A DNA stretch of 64,000 bases, taken from NCBI GenBank assembly GCA_965649765.1, contig OZ287749.1:63984001-64048000 (forward strand), read 5' to 3'. Position numbers and translations under genes: made by a program. Shown one piece after another: positions 23,843 to 38,634 of this stretch (the first letter of the stretch is position 1; each line of letters begins with the position of its first letter). The notes beneath the pieces are model-generated. The model was not told the origin of the DNA. It saw only the letters and a program-made list of their open reading frames with translations, and made no database searches. This DNA comes from Bispira polyomma (taxonomy: Eukaryota).

Positions 23843-26800
23843 TATATTCATCGATCCATTGTTACAGAAGATATAATCTATTATATTGAAATGAAAGGAT
23901 ATTCGTACAATTCCGAGCGTGCTCAGAATATATAACGTATTAAAATAAAGGTTTGTTGCCATTACATTTACAAAACACTTAAACCATCACCATTACTAGC
24001 TAACACAGATACACATGGTATAACAAACAACATTGCGTAAACACTAATCACAGTTTACCTACAAAGCTATTCTTAGCGATCAGTGCATTTAAAACAAAAA
24101 TAAGTAATTTAATTATTTTAGTCACCCCCAATGAGGTCAAAGAAAGGGCAGTTTTGTGGGAAATATAGCCGTTGTTTTTTAACAGATAAAATCTGTGGAA
24201 ATCTGTTTATGTGCTCACATTTCGTTAAAAGTAAAGAAACCTGTCTCGTCAGTTTACGTCATGGTAATTCCATTTGTTTTTAAATTCCCATTTTTGGCAA
24301 ATTTATTGCATGTGAATTTTTGCTTTGACTTCCCAATAAGGTTTAAAGGAATATATATATATATATTATATATATTATATATAACACATTGCATTGAATT
24401 TAACAGAAATAGTCACCGACAGTGCCTTAAGAAAGGTGATAAGAAAAAGCTAGAAATCGTAGAATTATCTTGTAGTTTCTATGGCTTATAAATAGGATCC
24501 CTCAATGTTTTCTAGGTTGTAGACATAAAAAGGGACAGAAGCCCTGATTAAGAAAGATAAAAGTATTGCCATTTGTAGCTGACTTTATTAATTAGAGTAA
24601 CCCTGTAAAAAGTCACTACTTAGGGGGAAAACGAGGAAATGTGTGTTACACAGACTCTCCAGTCAAAGTTAGGACATTATTAAAACAAGACAAAAGTGAT
24701 GTTGTAGTAAGTAAATTATTTATATTATGACAGTCAAGTGATTGCCTGTATCTAGAAGATAATTTGTCACACATTATGTGAGAAGAATTTAGTTAAATTA
24801 CTGTACTTAGCTGTGTGGGGGAGGATTTAATTAGATCTATATCACTTCAGGAATGTGTACCTCTCCAAAAACAAAGTAGAAGATGAGAAGATATGCAATT
24901 GATGTTATATAATGATTGTGTCCCTCACCACACTTATGTAAATACATAATGTATATATGAGTCACTTGTGTGGTGTAATCAAATTGTAAAGATCTTGTAT
25001 GCTTGGTTTAATATATACATTTTTGTCAGTCAAATAAACTGGTTATTTCAATCCACATCTTGTGTTTTCATCTTAGTTTCTCAATATTCCTGAATTTGGG
25101 CTGATATAAATGTTTATATTCTATTTTTGCAATATCTAAGTCTAATGTTTGCTTGTGAATATCTTTGTGAGTTTTATTTATGGAATTATCATTTGATTCA
25201 TACTATTTGTCCTAGCAATTAGCTTAATTTAAGTATATAAACTGAAACTGAGAATTGAGGCAAGAAAAGAGGTCACTGAACATATCAAGAAAATTATACT
25301 GCAAAACTAAATTTAAATGTCAAAACTTCAAATATTTGTTATGCAAGTTCTGTTAAGCAAAATCTTAAAAAATTGACAGCCTCTAATTGTAAGATTTCTG
25401 CATAAATAAGTCATCATAATCACTTCCAAAGATCAACTACAATATCACATCCTGAATATTTCCTGCTGTTTTATGAATACCGACCGAGGTCTAAGACAAT
25501 TTCCTGTATGTCAATGTCTAGCTTTTTATCCTGGAGAGTCCTTAATTAAGGATAACATTGCTTTCACCTTAACATCAATATTTTCTCTTTAAGGATATAT
25601 TGTTAAAACTTTCAACAAAGTAATCAGCTAAAAAAACCTAGGTTATCATCATTTACAGTTTACTCTTTGGCTGTTGTTATATAACTAATTATTTACGGCT
25701 AAGTGATGCTTTGAATTTTGTACAAAATGGGAGATTCTGTTTAAAAAATTCACTCAACAAAAACTACTTACACTAAGGATTATTATAATGCTGATGGTGA
25801 ACAGACCACTATAATAAGAAAATGAATGAAGACAGGACTCTCACCTGTGGGAATAACACGTCTCTGGAAATGTGACATAAACAAGGTAGTCTCTTGCAAT
25901 TCAACAGTGGCAGATTGGTGACAGTCTATTAGTGTAAATTGTCCCTGGGTTCACCGAGAGGGCCATAATGGTATAGTCCCTAGTTGTGGTCAGTAGCTTT
26001 TTCTTCATAATCACTTGCCTCTCATCACTGATGAAATTGATTGGAATGGTTTCTTTGTGTAGGAAAGTATGCCAAAATGAAAATGACTCAGGCGATATTT
26101 CTGTTGAGGATGCCTGGGTATTTAAAATTTACCTTATGTTACTTCTTTTCTGTCACCCCTTAGCTCAATAAATCCAACCTTAACAGAAATGTTCCTACAA
26201 ATTACAGACCAGTTTCCAATGATAGTTGTGTTTTAAAGATTTTAAACAGGGTTCGTGGTCGACAGGTTTGTGAACATACCCACCTGCAACATTAATCCCA
26301 TTTCAGAAAATATATTTGAAGTAATAGTTCTCTTCTACATGTTTATAATTCTATTAGCCTCGCTCTCGATAAAGATGAAGTCACCACTCTCAGTGTATAA
26401 TAACTTATGACTCACATATATCATAATAGCAATTGTTACTTTTAGTGTTTTAGTTGGTAGTCGTAAGGGCTTCTCTCCTTACTCTAAATTTTTAAATTTA
26501 TTCTTTTAATTTGTGGTTACACCGTGTTGGTGTTTAATTGGTTTTAAATTGTATGTTTATTAAATAAATGTTTATTAAATAAATGGGAGTGCCCAACTCT
26601 TGCTGTATTATTCAACTGTTCTCCCTCCTATTCATTTCCTGCTTAGTTACATTCACCTGGCCTATTTACCTTCTTTAATTTTATTCTATGGTTTCATCTT
26701 CATTGCAACCTCACAACTTTAATTATCTGGGGGTGTGTGACTGAAGTCACCACTCTCACACTTCTGGACTACTAAGCAGTCGTTTGGGAGTAGTGTGTGT

Positions 26801-27669
26801 ATGTGTTTTAGTATAGTAACTGCTTTTAGCCTTTACAAAGTGGTTTACAACATTTTTAGGGTTTCGTAAATTAATGTCATTTATATATATATATCATTAT
26901 TTTAATAGTTTGTATATCAAAACCTTACTTACGGTAACGTCACCTCAGAGTTAATTATTTGTGGGCAGTGTTGGTGCAATAGTAAGGTAGCCTTAAAGTC
27001 GGTAAGATCACCTCAAAATTAAATTATTTGTAAGCACAGTTGGTGCATAGTAAGGTAGCCTTAAAGTCATATTAATTCACTAAGGTAACCTTAGATTTAA
27101 AAGTCAGTGTTACTAAGATAACCTTAAACTGAGCACGAACGTTAAGGCGCTCGTAAATGTAAAGTATATTAAAGTAAAGATGTATGAAAATAGATGTATA
27201 ACCAAATTGAGTGTATATCAACAGCATTGTAAATATATTGTAGAATGTGTCTTTTAGTGCTGTGTTAAATATTTTGACAACCAAACTGAGATGGAACAAG
27301 GGTTGTCTTTTAAAAGCAACACATGCGTACAGTGTTGAATACACTAACGTTGATATGGCCACTATACATTGATAACTATTTTGCTGCTCGTCAGTTTGGA
27401 CAGGTCGATTGCTTCCAACCAATCCATGAAAGCCTTATATATTTCAGAATAAAAAGAACACCAGGCTGTGCCTGATAATAAAGACTGTGATAAAGTGATT
27501 GCGCTTATATCTGACTCCATTAATGTAAGGTTCACATATATCAGATGATATTATTGACTACATGAGGTTAATGCCTGACCTAGATTTAATCTAACAAGAT
27601 GGACAATCAAAGAACAACAAGCATAACTCGTGCCCTTCCAAACCAGGCAGTCCGTCTGCAATGACTTTC

Positions 27670-28010
27670 TTACAATCACCAAGCTGGTTATGTTTTTGTC
27701 CATGTCTGTTGGTTGGGTTGTCTGTATATTAGTCACCAGAATTACATACAAAATCTACTGATATGATTTACAGTGATATGATATGGGTCAATGAAAAACA
27801 TGTATTCCATTTGGTATCTGATTTGGGTGGGATGGCCCTTACAATTCCCAAAGATGAACACATATACAGACACCTAAGCAGAAAATGATTTTTTACCGGT
27901 AGTGAATACTCACACACGTGAGGACAATAATGGGGGGAAACTGTAAAAGAAGCTATCAGTGTAAATTGGCTCAGAGGCCATAACCCCACTACCGAGTGTC
28001 ATTTTACTTG
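27670..28010 (+). mobile_element. HINE/Helentron-like non-autonomous repeat (related pieces near 8500-8640 and 53120-53305)
   Basis: ggttatgttttt start, gtctg/gttgg microsatellite, ttacatacaaaatctact, and 3' ccgagtgtcattttacttg (ggcggaagtatgcgctatactagatacccttctgg in the 53 kb copy). Family assignment is from pattern only. Confidence 0.45.
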
Positions 28011-31000
28011 ACGTGTAGTTACTGCATCCTTACAAGTTTGTGACAATCTACTACGCTCTACTGACATTGTAGTTTGCTGACAGATTCATTATATTCCTCG
28101 TTGTTGCATGTACTTACTCACAAAGCTCGTCTTTCAATCTAAGTTGAATCTATTGGGCTTTTTAAAATTTTTTAAACTATTTAAAGCCAATATACACTCA
28201 ATTTATCGATACAATTTTATCAACCCAGTTGTACTAAAAATTCCTAATAATTTAATAAAATACTAGATCAATAGGTTTTGTGAGAAGTATTAGAGTTGTT
28301 GCCAATTATTTAGGTTGTTTTTTTATAATATAAGAAAACAAATACGACAAATTCTAAAAATAGTTGAGGATATTTATGTATTAAATTTTAAACAAGTGAC
28401 TTTATCCTTTATAAAAGTCGAAGTCACTGCATAACAAAAGGCATGGCTCGTCAGTCGCTAAAGATATCACCTTTACGGTAATTTGTTGACAAGCATTTGT
28501 TGTTTGTGTCGCTAAGCAGAAGTATTAGGGGCAAGAGTATTTGCCGTCCTTTTTCATAACTAGCTTCGAAATTGAACAAGAAGGAAGCACAAAACTTTTA
28601 ATTTTTGAGACTGATGTATAAACTCTAAGTGTGAGTTTAAGACAATACAACTCTATAAGGTCAATTTGCCAAGTCCAAATCAGATGTAAATATTCTTCTG
28701 TTGTTACAATTGGAATTTCTATCTGTTAGGCAAGGTCCAAATTAAATCACCCGATGGTTTCTTTTAAAGAAAAGAACTCAAGCTGAAGTCCAAGGTCATA
28801 CTAAATTCTGACAAATGTCTCTCTATGACAGAACCAAATTATGTGCCAGATTTTCTACCAAAGCTGCTCATAAGTCACTCAGATATAGAACAAGATTAGA
28901 AATATACAGCATTTTGACAATAAAGGCATTGGATCCACTGTTGAAGTGATGGCAGAACTTCCCTTATTATTCACAACCAGTCATCATCACATATAGTTAA
29001 AAAAATATATTTTGTAAATTAATTATTCTGTTGTTAGGATAGTTATTCTTAATTATATCTAAAGGGGAACTGTAATATTAACTATCAGCAGATTGAACCT
29101 GGAAATTATGAGGAGGGCAAGGCACGATTTAGCCTTGCCATGTATGAGGATTGTTCATGTTTAAAGATTGTCTGTAAATTATTTGTCTTGCAAAAAAATT
29201 GTCTACAACAAGTTTAAACTCATATTAATGATGTTATTAGAATATACTTAACTCTAAACGTAAACCCAGTTTATCAACATTAACTTTTACTTAAGTTAAC
29301 CTTAAACTTGTAAGGTGGCCTTAAACTGGAGTCTGTACATATATATTTTCGATTTGACATAGAATGAACTAATATACCTCATTGCTGGACTGTGTGTTAC
29401 AAGGTCAAATTAGCATAGCTAAGGCATTACTAAGGTCAAACTGATATAACAGGGAGAGGCACTGATATTCTCATCAGACAAACCTACTTGCAATGCATCA
29501 CGTTCCACTTCTGACCTACATATATCTGTATTTTATATATAGAGGGGAAAGCAGAACAAACTATATGGTATTTTGGGGGTGTAAATAGAACTGTTTATGC
29601 CAGTGTATCTAGTACACAACAGAAAAACTCCCTAAAACTCTACACTAGGATATGAGGAAGTGGTTGGTGTTAATGAGGAAATAAAAAGGACAAAGTGTCA
29701 AAGAGGAAACAGATAAGTGCTTTCTGTCTTGTGATGGCACAAACAAAAAAGTAGCCAACCAGTTACCTGAGAGGAATGTTGATCAAAAGAGATCATCAAA
29801 TCCCACAGTGAATTAGGATGGAGCTACTTAATTGTTTGTTTTGTATACAAAGAATATTCAGGGAATATATACTTTTCAATGAATATATAGTAGTTAAACC
29901 CTGCAATGTTAGTTGTTTCTGGTTGAATGTTTAGCCTTTTAGAGTCAATAATGTGCATATCGGCACAGAATCATTAATGTCACAAGTTATTACTTATTAC
30001 TACTCACCAATAAAGTGTACTCCTAGGTACTCTACCATTTTCTACCGTATGTTTTTATATATATTATAATTATACGTGAAAAAATATCATCCCTGGCATT
30101 TTGAGGGGGTTTATTCTCTTCATAGATTACTTCATATATGAATTAGACTTCAGGGTTATAGTGTTAAAGCAGGTCAAATCGCCATATGCAGTCTAATTAG
30201 AATTTGTATTCATTTAATTTATCACAACTCACCTAGATTTCGTTGGTGAAGTTGAGTGGCCAAACACTTTTGATTGACACCAATTTACTTGTATTACTTT
30301 GCAGCTGTACCATAACGATAATGAGTCTTGTTTTAATTGCATAGGGACGTTTTAAATATAAAAAAGGATCTCTGCATTGATATTCATATACAAAGCTGAA
30401 TTTGTATTTGTTTAAAGAGCAATCCCTACTTTGTCTACTTGTAAGCATAGAGCAAATCCAATGAGATTTGTAGAGAGTGTTTTAGCCAATTAAGAATAAT
30501 ATTACACTTGTTGTCAAAACAAAATGCTTTTCTTAAAGTAGTCTTTCTAGGGCTATGGTGGTGGAGTTTTAAGGTTCACCCCCGACTGAGCATGCTGGCT
30601 AAAGCCACCTCACACATGCTTTACAAAGTCCCTTTTATTCATTGCAAAGTGCTACCTTTTATAATAGTCGTCCTCTCCATAGGAGGATAAGTAGACACTA
30701 AAAAAGTGGGAGTAATCTACATTTGTAGTAAGACTTCCTGAGGTCAATCTCTAATGGATTTCATTACACACATCTTGGATAATTACTTGTCTGACTTTGC
30801 CTCAAAGACAGCTGTATAATCTTTCCGTGCCTATTACCCTTCTCTTTCTGCCAGGCCGAGCTTCAATTAGGCATTATCTTTCGTGATTTTACTGGACAGG
30901 AAGTATTACCAGGTGCTTACTTCCTGTTAGTTTATCTTCTGCTACTGGCGATAATCACGAATTGTCCACTTGAACTAGGTCACTTGGTTACTTGGGTATT

Positions 31001-34000
31001 CAGTTCTGATATTGATTTCTGATATATTACAAGCTTAAACAAATGTTTTAAATCATGGAAATTCGGATCCTGTGCAAATGATAAAGTTCCTTCAATCGTC
31101 AGTGCAATTGGGGTATGGATATGTCATAAGTTAAGGTCAACGTCTTTCATCACATATTTTTTTCATGTAGAATACAAGTAAAGATGGAATTACAGAAATG
31201 ACTTGCTAAATAAAAAGCTGAAGTACAAAATAATTATAAAGAAATAAAAATCATTATAAAGACAAGCCTGTTGGCTTGTTTCAAATCTAAATCCTCTACA
31301 CACATAAAACTGTGGTCTAGTCTATAACACATTCACCTAAGAACACGATCAAGTAAGCATATACTTAAAATGGCGGTCCCCTGTCATTGGTTATTATATC
31401 TACAGTGGAAGGTTAAAGTACCTTGGGAACGTTGATAAATGGTCATACCTCAGGCCTCTGTCTTCAGTTAGGGAATGACAGTTAGTGTTGCTAGTTGGCT
31501 GTAATTGGGAAGTCGAGAAAAGCTTAATCAGTGCTTTTAATACTAGACAAAATGTGCTGAGTATAAATTTGAATACAGTACATGTAATGTGCAATATATA
31601 CTTTTAACGTATGTTGGGTATATATGAGAATACAATAGAAATTTGGGAAATAAAAAATAAAATGATTTTGACTTTATACACCAACTAAAAAGAAGGAATG
31701 CCAGTAGGCAAAAAGAATAAAGTTGATGGTCTAAAAAATTATTGTTAACTCTCAACATCTTTGATAAAGTGATCCCCGAACAATCATCACAATAGATTTC
31801 TTTCGAATGAAATTTGACATGGTAATAAATTCTTGGCATATTAACCCGGCAATTCAATGTAGGCTTTTAAAAATATAAATTTTTTTTGTCATGACAAATG
31901 AAGACATTTATAACCCTTGCAATAATTCTGGGTGTGAGAGCCTAATATATTTTTTATAGCAGAATGGGATTTTTGTAGGATCATTTCTTTCAATTGTCTG
32001 TCTTACTTTGGTAAAGGCAATGAGACAATTTGCTGTGGTTCTTGTAAGATGTTGTTTAAACAGCAAACATCTTTTGTAAAATCCCTTGCAGTCCAAAAAC
32101 CAAGTGGTGAAGTCAGTAATGAACACCGTGAGATGCGAAGCATCTTAGTTTATTATGATTATCCAACTTATTTTAATAATACATAATAAAATATGACAAT
32201 AGATAGTAGAATTCTACTAAAACTACTCAAACTACATAAGGCTCTCTTGGGACTGGTATGTTTACTCTATATTAGTGGGATGCAGGCACCTGCTCATCTA
32301 CGCTCCGATCTACACATCCGCGTCTATTTATATATATACATGGGGCAGTTCATCAAGTGATTAATCCTAAATGAAGCATTTACAACTTTTACTGTTCTAA
32401 CTTATTTCATTTTTCAATACCCACCTCTCATTCAGATGGATGGCCGTCACAAACGCACCACGGACATCTTTGTAGCAATCTCTGACAGTAGGTTTCAACT
32501 CTTCGTTTTAGATTCGTCTACATTAGAAGCGCTTCAGAAGTCTCCAATGATTTCTGTTGATATCTGCGAGCATTAGTCTGGCCATCACCAAAGTTTTAAA
32601 CTGTTCAAAAATTAGAGGGATGATTGCTCGTCAGGGGTTTTCTGGGATTGGGCAGGGACGGAGGTGTATATGTCTTGATTAGTTTAGCTTTGTGTAGTGT
32701 AACCTGGTGTAACAGTCCGTTCATTGCATACCCTCCCGCAATGAAGGGTCACAGTGCACATCTAAATGAGAGTGTGCCTTTACCATTCAACTGTTTTGAC
32801 ATAGTTCACTTATTTTGGGGGGACTTTTTTCATGTGAGAATTTGTACTGTCTGAACAAAAAAAACCCACGTAAGCTTTAGACTAAATTAAGACTAATACA
32901 TTTTTGTGAGTACGTCCCAGAGACGTTATATCTGGCTTTAAAGCAGTTAAAGGTCAGATTTTTGTTCTCCAATGGCTACCTTAAATCAATTATACATAAA
33001 ATATAAATTATACTACCTTAGTATTAGAGATATTTGGGCACAGCATAGTGATAAGTATAAAGCAAAACCTAAGTATTAGAGATATTTGGGCTCAGACCAG
33101 TGATAATATATGATAATTATACCTAAATATTGAAAAATGTTGGGGTCTAAACAGATATAATGTATACTATGACAATTTTATTTAAATATTAAACAAATTT
33201 AAGCTCTTTACAGAAATAAGCATAATCAATAATCATACCTAAATTGTGTTTATTGTGTACTGCCAAAAAAACTTCAAAAATCTATACTCTTGTGGTTTAA
33301 GCTTCTTTGAGCTCTTTACATATTTAGAGTCCTGCCCAATTTTAATCGAAAGGGTGACAAACTTGCAAAATAGTAGTAATCAACTCTCTCTTTCTTCACT
33401 TGTTTTTATTTCTTATCATCCAAATATCTTTCCAGTTGGAATACTAGCTTCTTTATGACCCTATTAGAAATTGATATTGATCCAGAGATGAGAGTTACAC
33501 CTATTCTCTGTAAAACCACCCCACAATGAAGATGCCACAAGAGGATATGAAATTCATTTAGCCTTTTATATTTGCAAAGGGGGGTGTTTTGGGTGCTTTC
33601 ATCAGATCCAAAGTATGGATAATCTCTTGGCGTATCAATCATCCACCCCAGGTCTGCAGTGTTCCCCCATCACTTTTTTGAGGTTTATAAATTGGGGTGG
33701 GGCATAGCCCTATCACTGCTACCTTGACTTCCCTGACTGTTACCTTGACTTGGGAATGATAGGGTGTCATCAGCACATAGTAGGGGGTAACATTTGTGGG
33801 TGGATGATATTGTGTGGAGTAACGCCCTAGATAATGAATGAAAGTTGCCTTTTCCCTATCTATCTTTCCAGATTGAATCTTTTTGCTCTCAATTTGTCCG
33901 TGTTTAGAGTGTATTACGGAACCTAGAAACTTTTCCTAACAATTACATTTAAAGTGTGGTATATAAACCTAAGTAAAATATTCAAAGTAATTCCTATTTT

Positions 34001-35227
34001 TATAGATTTTTGTCTTTATATATGTCATTATTCTATAGATGTCATAACTCCATATTTATCCGCCCTCTTTCAAACCTGTACAATGATTATTTTAAAGCTG
34101 ATTGAATCCAAAGGAAAACAAATGTGTCTAATTCTTTGCTTTTCTTTTATCCTACATATTTTGATATTGGGGGGTTAATAATCTTTTATGCTTTCAGAAA
34201 AAGACCTACTTTGCTATTATTTGCTTAGCTGTAATAACAAATAGGTCATCTGTATATCGGTCTGGGATGCAATACTGTAACTCTTTATTTTTTTATTGTA
34301 ACTAAAATGTATGTAAAAACTAAAATTTCAGTAACATGTGTGTAGTGATATGTAAACTAGATGTGACATGCATTTTTGACCTGTTGAGTTAACATTTTCT
34401 AAATAGTTATGACATCCTCTGCATATGTCTGTCACATTCTCTCAATTTGTAAGTGTCTGTCTCCTTGGTATAACTTAAATTTCAGGAAAATCTCACTGTA
34501 TTATGAGATGGGATAAATATAGTAGAAACTGTAGAAAATATCTGAACTAGTGTAAGTTGGGTATTTCTCTATAAATTAGAAAATTTGCTTTTCTGGACAT
34601 TCAAATACACTACTTTTAAATGAGGTTTTAGTGGAAGTTAGCCAAATGTAGAACTAATCAACTCCTGTGAACATCCTATTTGTACAGAGACTACTGCATA
34701 TAACATCATAGCAACAGAAATGTATTGTTAGACACCAATCATAGCTGTCCGGGTTATCAACTAAAATTATCAACTAAATTAACACAGCAAAATACACACA
34801 AAATAAGCCTTTTGTTTTGGTTTTTTTCATTACATTCACATTTCCATTAACATGCCCTAGGAGGGGGATTAACCTCTTGCCAAACTCTATCATCCTCTTT
34901 TACTGGATACTACAACACATGATCTATGTACTAACAGCTACATGAGAGATATTACACCAGAGAGGCATTTACACAGGCCTTTTAGCAGGTCTTGGCAAAG
35001 GTGCTAGTGAAATGGGGGGTTAGTTTCTCGTCAAGGTGATGACGAGGTGGTTGATGTACACTGAGTGTTTTAGCTTCTAGGCAAGTCTGAAGGTAGTTAA
35101 TTGATGGCAATGTCAGAAGGTACAACATAGGGTGTTGATGTAAACAAAACGTTATATTTTCTTAACATTTATATGTTGTATGCAAGCTAATTAAGTAGGA
35201 AAATAAGTCTGGAAAAGTTACACATGT

Positions 35228-35312
35228 TTATAATCCCTGTTTATAATATTAGTATTAACATTTTATATTTTATAATCCCTGTTTATAATATTAGTATTAA
35301 CATTTTACATTT
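35228..35312. repeat. Tandem duplication of about 42 bp
   Basis: ttataatccctgtttataatattagtattaacatttta occurs twice. Confidence 0.85.
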
Positions 35313-35777
35313 TCACAAAACAACATTCACATAAATCTCACAGATTATAATATAATAGACAACACGTACAGTGCTCACTACATAAAATTTTTCAGAATTA
35401 TCACATTAAGTTCCTGTATAAAACTTCAAGGACAAGCTGATGATGTATACTGAGATTGTTCAAAACTCATGTTAGTTTTAAAATACATGTTATAGTTTTA
35501 TTTAATATTGTAGACTGCCTTGTGATAGCCTGAGTGTTAAGAGCATATTTAACACTTAACCAGGATATTTTGTTAAATGCACTCTGCTTAAAACCAACAA
35601 TCTAAACATTTTTTTTGAAAAAAGAGGTCAAATTAACATCTTAGATTCAAGACTAAGGTAAAAATGTGTTGTTAATACTTCCTCTCCTTTCTTTAAACGT
35701 ATCAATCATAACAAATATATATATACACGTTACAACACATATCATATCATCATTTTCTGTGCACTTCTTTTCAACAG

Positions 35778-35944
35778 ACCACGCCCACTACATGGGGCTG
35801 AGTTCCCGCCCACAGCTGACAGATGAACAGAGTCTATTGGCTAAGCTGATGTACAACTATGACAAACATAGCCGCCCAGTGTACAACGCCTCTCACCCTG
35901 TCAATGTCAAACTGGGGATTACTCTCAACCAAATTTTTGATGTG
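35778..35944 (+). CDS. nAChR alpha subunit, first securely identified coding exon (N-terminal helix to beta1)
   Basis: Acceptor ttcttttcaacAG (35776-77), donor GTAAGT at 35945. Encodes (D)HAHYMGLSSRPQLTDEQSLLAKLMYNYDKHSRPVYNASHPVNVKLGITLNQIFDV, with the Y..RPV and L.QI.DV motifs of Cys-loop receptors. Starts phase 1, ends phase 0. Confidence 0.93.
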
Positions 35945-36029
35945 GTAAGTCATTGTTATGTTGTCTTCGTCTATTATCTGATAAAGACACATTACAAATA
36001 TGTTTTGTACTTGTGAAATGGCTTGTAGT

Positions 36030-36312
36030 GGGCTCCCGTGACTTAGTGGTTAGAGAGTTGGTCTGGCGATAAGAAGGTTCACAGTTCGTCTCCCAGTGGG
36101 GGAGTGGGTATGGCGATCAGAAGGTCCCCGGTTCTACTCCCTTTAAGCTGCTAGGCTCAGTGTTGTAATAACATCCTCGGGCAAGATATGAAGACGCCAT
36201 TGCCTACTAAGGACCCAGGCTATGTTATAGGACTACCTTTTTGGGAGATTGAGCGCCTTAGAGAATGCAATATCAGTAAAAGGTGCTATATACATACTTC
36301 AATAATAATAGT
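36030..36312 (+). mobile_element. tRNA-derived SINE with duplicated head segment and (TAA)n tail; related copy at 46277-46450
   Basis: gtgacttagtggttagagagttggtctggcgataagaaggttc, repeated at 36110. taacatcctcgggcaagat...caggctatgttataggac is shared with 46370-46436. Confidence 0.7.
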
Positions 36313-36349
36313 ATAACCCACTTTCAAGACATATTAGAGTTAGTTTTTG

Positions 36350-36745
36350 TATTTAGTTAAGTTTAGTTAACGTCGCTCTCACCGCTGGTCCAAGATGTTA
36401 ATTTGGGTTGAATGTCGGATTCAACACGGTTCACTGGCGGATGCAATCAGAACAGCTGTAGTTGGTCACCGTTGTGTGCTCTGAAAACCACTGGCCTTCA
36501 GAGAGTCTGCTGCCAACTTTCCCACATACACCCCAGATTTAAACCAATGACAACAGAGGTTGGAGATTAGTGTGTTACCAGTACACCACCAAGTTTCCTC
36601 GTGGGACAGCAGAATAAGTTAGTTGATTAAGGTTTCTGCACTGTAAGCCATTAGCCTTCAACAACTAGTCTACTGTCAGCTTTCCGGGTTGAGATTAGAA
36701 CCCAGAACTACAGATTTGGGAGGCGTGACCTCTACACCATCGAGT
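36350..36745 (-). mobile_element. Nested or tandem Meta/MESC-like SINE fragments
   Basis: Two reverse cores (gtagttggtcacc...gccaactttcccacat; agttgattaaggtttctgcactgtaa...). Confidence 0.6.
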
Positions 36746-37039
36746 TTTGCTGCCTTTTCAAAAGATAGATTTAGAACCATCTGTATACAGCTGATCCTCC
36801 TTGTCTAGTGGCCCTTTTTATTGCACTTGATAAAATATTTTTTTCCGGCTTAGTTCCCTCAGATTTTTCTAGTAAAAATCACTTTGGTAAATTATATACA
36901 AAATCATATTAAATAATAAGGAGCAATTACTCCGGTTTTCAGTAACCCTTCACTTGTTGCCTATAAAATATAGGGCAATGTTGAAAACGGCTACCTTAAT
37001 GTATAAATACCTCAATTCAGGTGTCCCTCGGCATTTCAG

Positions 37040-37390
37040 TCCGTACTTATTTTCCTATACATGCCAACTGAATACAAGGTGTAGTAGACCTAATACCATC
37101 AGTTCATAAGTCAAAAAGGCATTTCAGCAATAGTTTCTCATATGATGCTCCTAAGCTGTGGAATGATCTGCCTCATGATATTCGCACTGCCTCCTCACTT
37201 ACCTGTTCTAGAAAGACGTTCAAAACTGACCTATTTGGCAAGGCTTTTCCATCTAAGCCTCCTTACCATTTTTAGCGTCTCTATGGTCATGACCCTGAAC
37301 GTCCAATTGCTTTACAAACTTATGAAAATGATTTTCCTGTCTCATCCTCTAGCACGAAGGTTAAGCGCTATAAATGTTAGATTAGATACT
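37040..37390 (+). mobile_element. L2/Crack-like LINE 3' fragment
   Basis: HFSNSFSYDAPKLWNDLPHDIRTASSLTCSRKTFKTDLFGKAFP, then aagcgctataaatgttagattagat. Confidence 0.75.
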
Positions 37391-37504
37391 ATACTTTTTC
37401 ATTTTATTAGTTATTTTTGCTTTAGGAACAGGGGATTATTACTGTAAGTACAGTATGGTTTTTAATATTAAGAATTTCTACTCTTGAAATACAATAATAA
37501 AAAT

Positions 37505-37725
37505 TAATTTAATTGGGTTTTATGTCACTTTTTTGGTCATCTAGCGATGGCCAGATTTTATCTGTGAAGAAAACAACTACTATTTGTACTTCAAACTACC
37601 AACTTATGGGAAATACCTTGCAAGCTTTCCCCGGTGAATAATGAAGTGGGAGTGGAACCCACTATCCTCAGAGGCTGGTGATATTAAAACTGACTTTAAC
37701 CACTTATAGGCTACTGTGGACCCTC
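37505..37725 (-). mobile_element. Degenerate Meta/MESC-like SINE
   Basis: gggttttatgtcact...ggtcatctagcgatggccagatttta...ggctactgtggaccc. Confidence 0.55.
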
Positions 37726-38634
37726 TTTAAATGGCTTAAAAGGCGGTCAAACTATGTATGTACACAAACAAGGTGGTTTATCATTGGTATGGCAAGGTCA
37801 CAATAATATGACACACGAAGACATCAAGATGTATTATTCAAGCCTTAATTATCTAAACAGTGGGGTTGTTTACCAGTAACAAATAACTTAGAAATAGCTT
37901 GTAAGTAGGGCCAAACCTTAGCATCCTTGTGTGCCATATTTCCAAATGATCTAAGAATTAATCAATCTCTCCCAGGGGAGTTTTGTAAAGCATAAATCAT
38001 TGTCCTTTACATGACAAAACAGCTCTTTGAACCTTTATGAACCTTATAAACAATGCAAATATAGAAGTCCTTCGGTTAGCCTACTAATAATATCTAATGT
38101 CCAGGAACCTGGGAAAATGTAGATATTACAATGTGATTGTGATTAAAACCTTCAAGTACTCATTGCACCTCAAGAATTGGTGAACAGTTTTTTTTAAGAA
38201 TAAATGCCTCTTGCATTCTTGAACCCTGGATTTCTTTATTAGGTTGACTATCTGTTTTATCTTCTATTTATCACAATGCAAAATGCTTACAGCTAAACAC
38301 AGATGCTCTAACACAGACTATTTATGCTTGCTTGGTACCTGTTAGTGCAAACAGGTGGCAGCAGTGTGGCTATACCTTAACATTTAAGCTTACATGCTCA
38401 TATTTTACTTCAATCCATTTTTTGGTTTTCATATTTGATTTATGTGTTCATGGTGGCTTAGTTGTTTTCAGTATCTGCTTTAAAATCATTAGTCTCTGAC
38501 CTCTGTGGACAATGGGTTCAATCCCTGCTAATAATAGTACCATATGCAACCTAACGGGGACTATACAATTTACTAATTCCGTCAACACTCATAAAACAGT
38601 TGCCTATTATGTTCCCAAATGATTAAATTTTATT

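Noticed and set aside
26983-27062. TAAGGTAGCC matching the 28S rDNA R2 target core
   Set aside because: No flanking rRNA similarity; it is a variant of the local TAAGGTNACCTTA palindrome.
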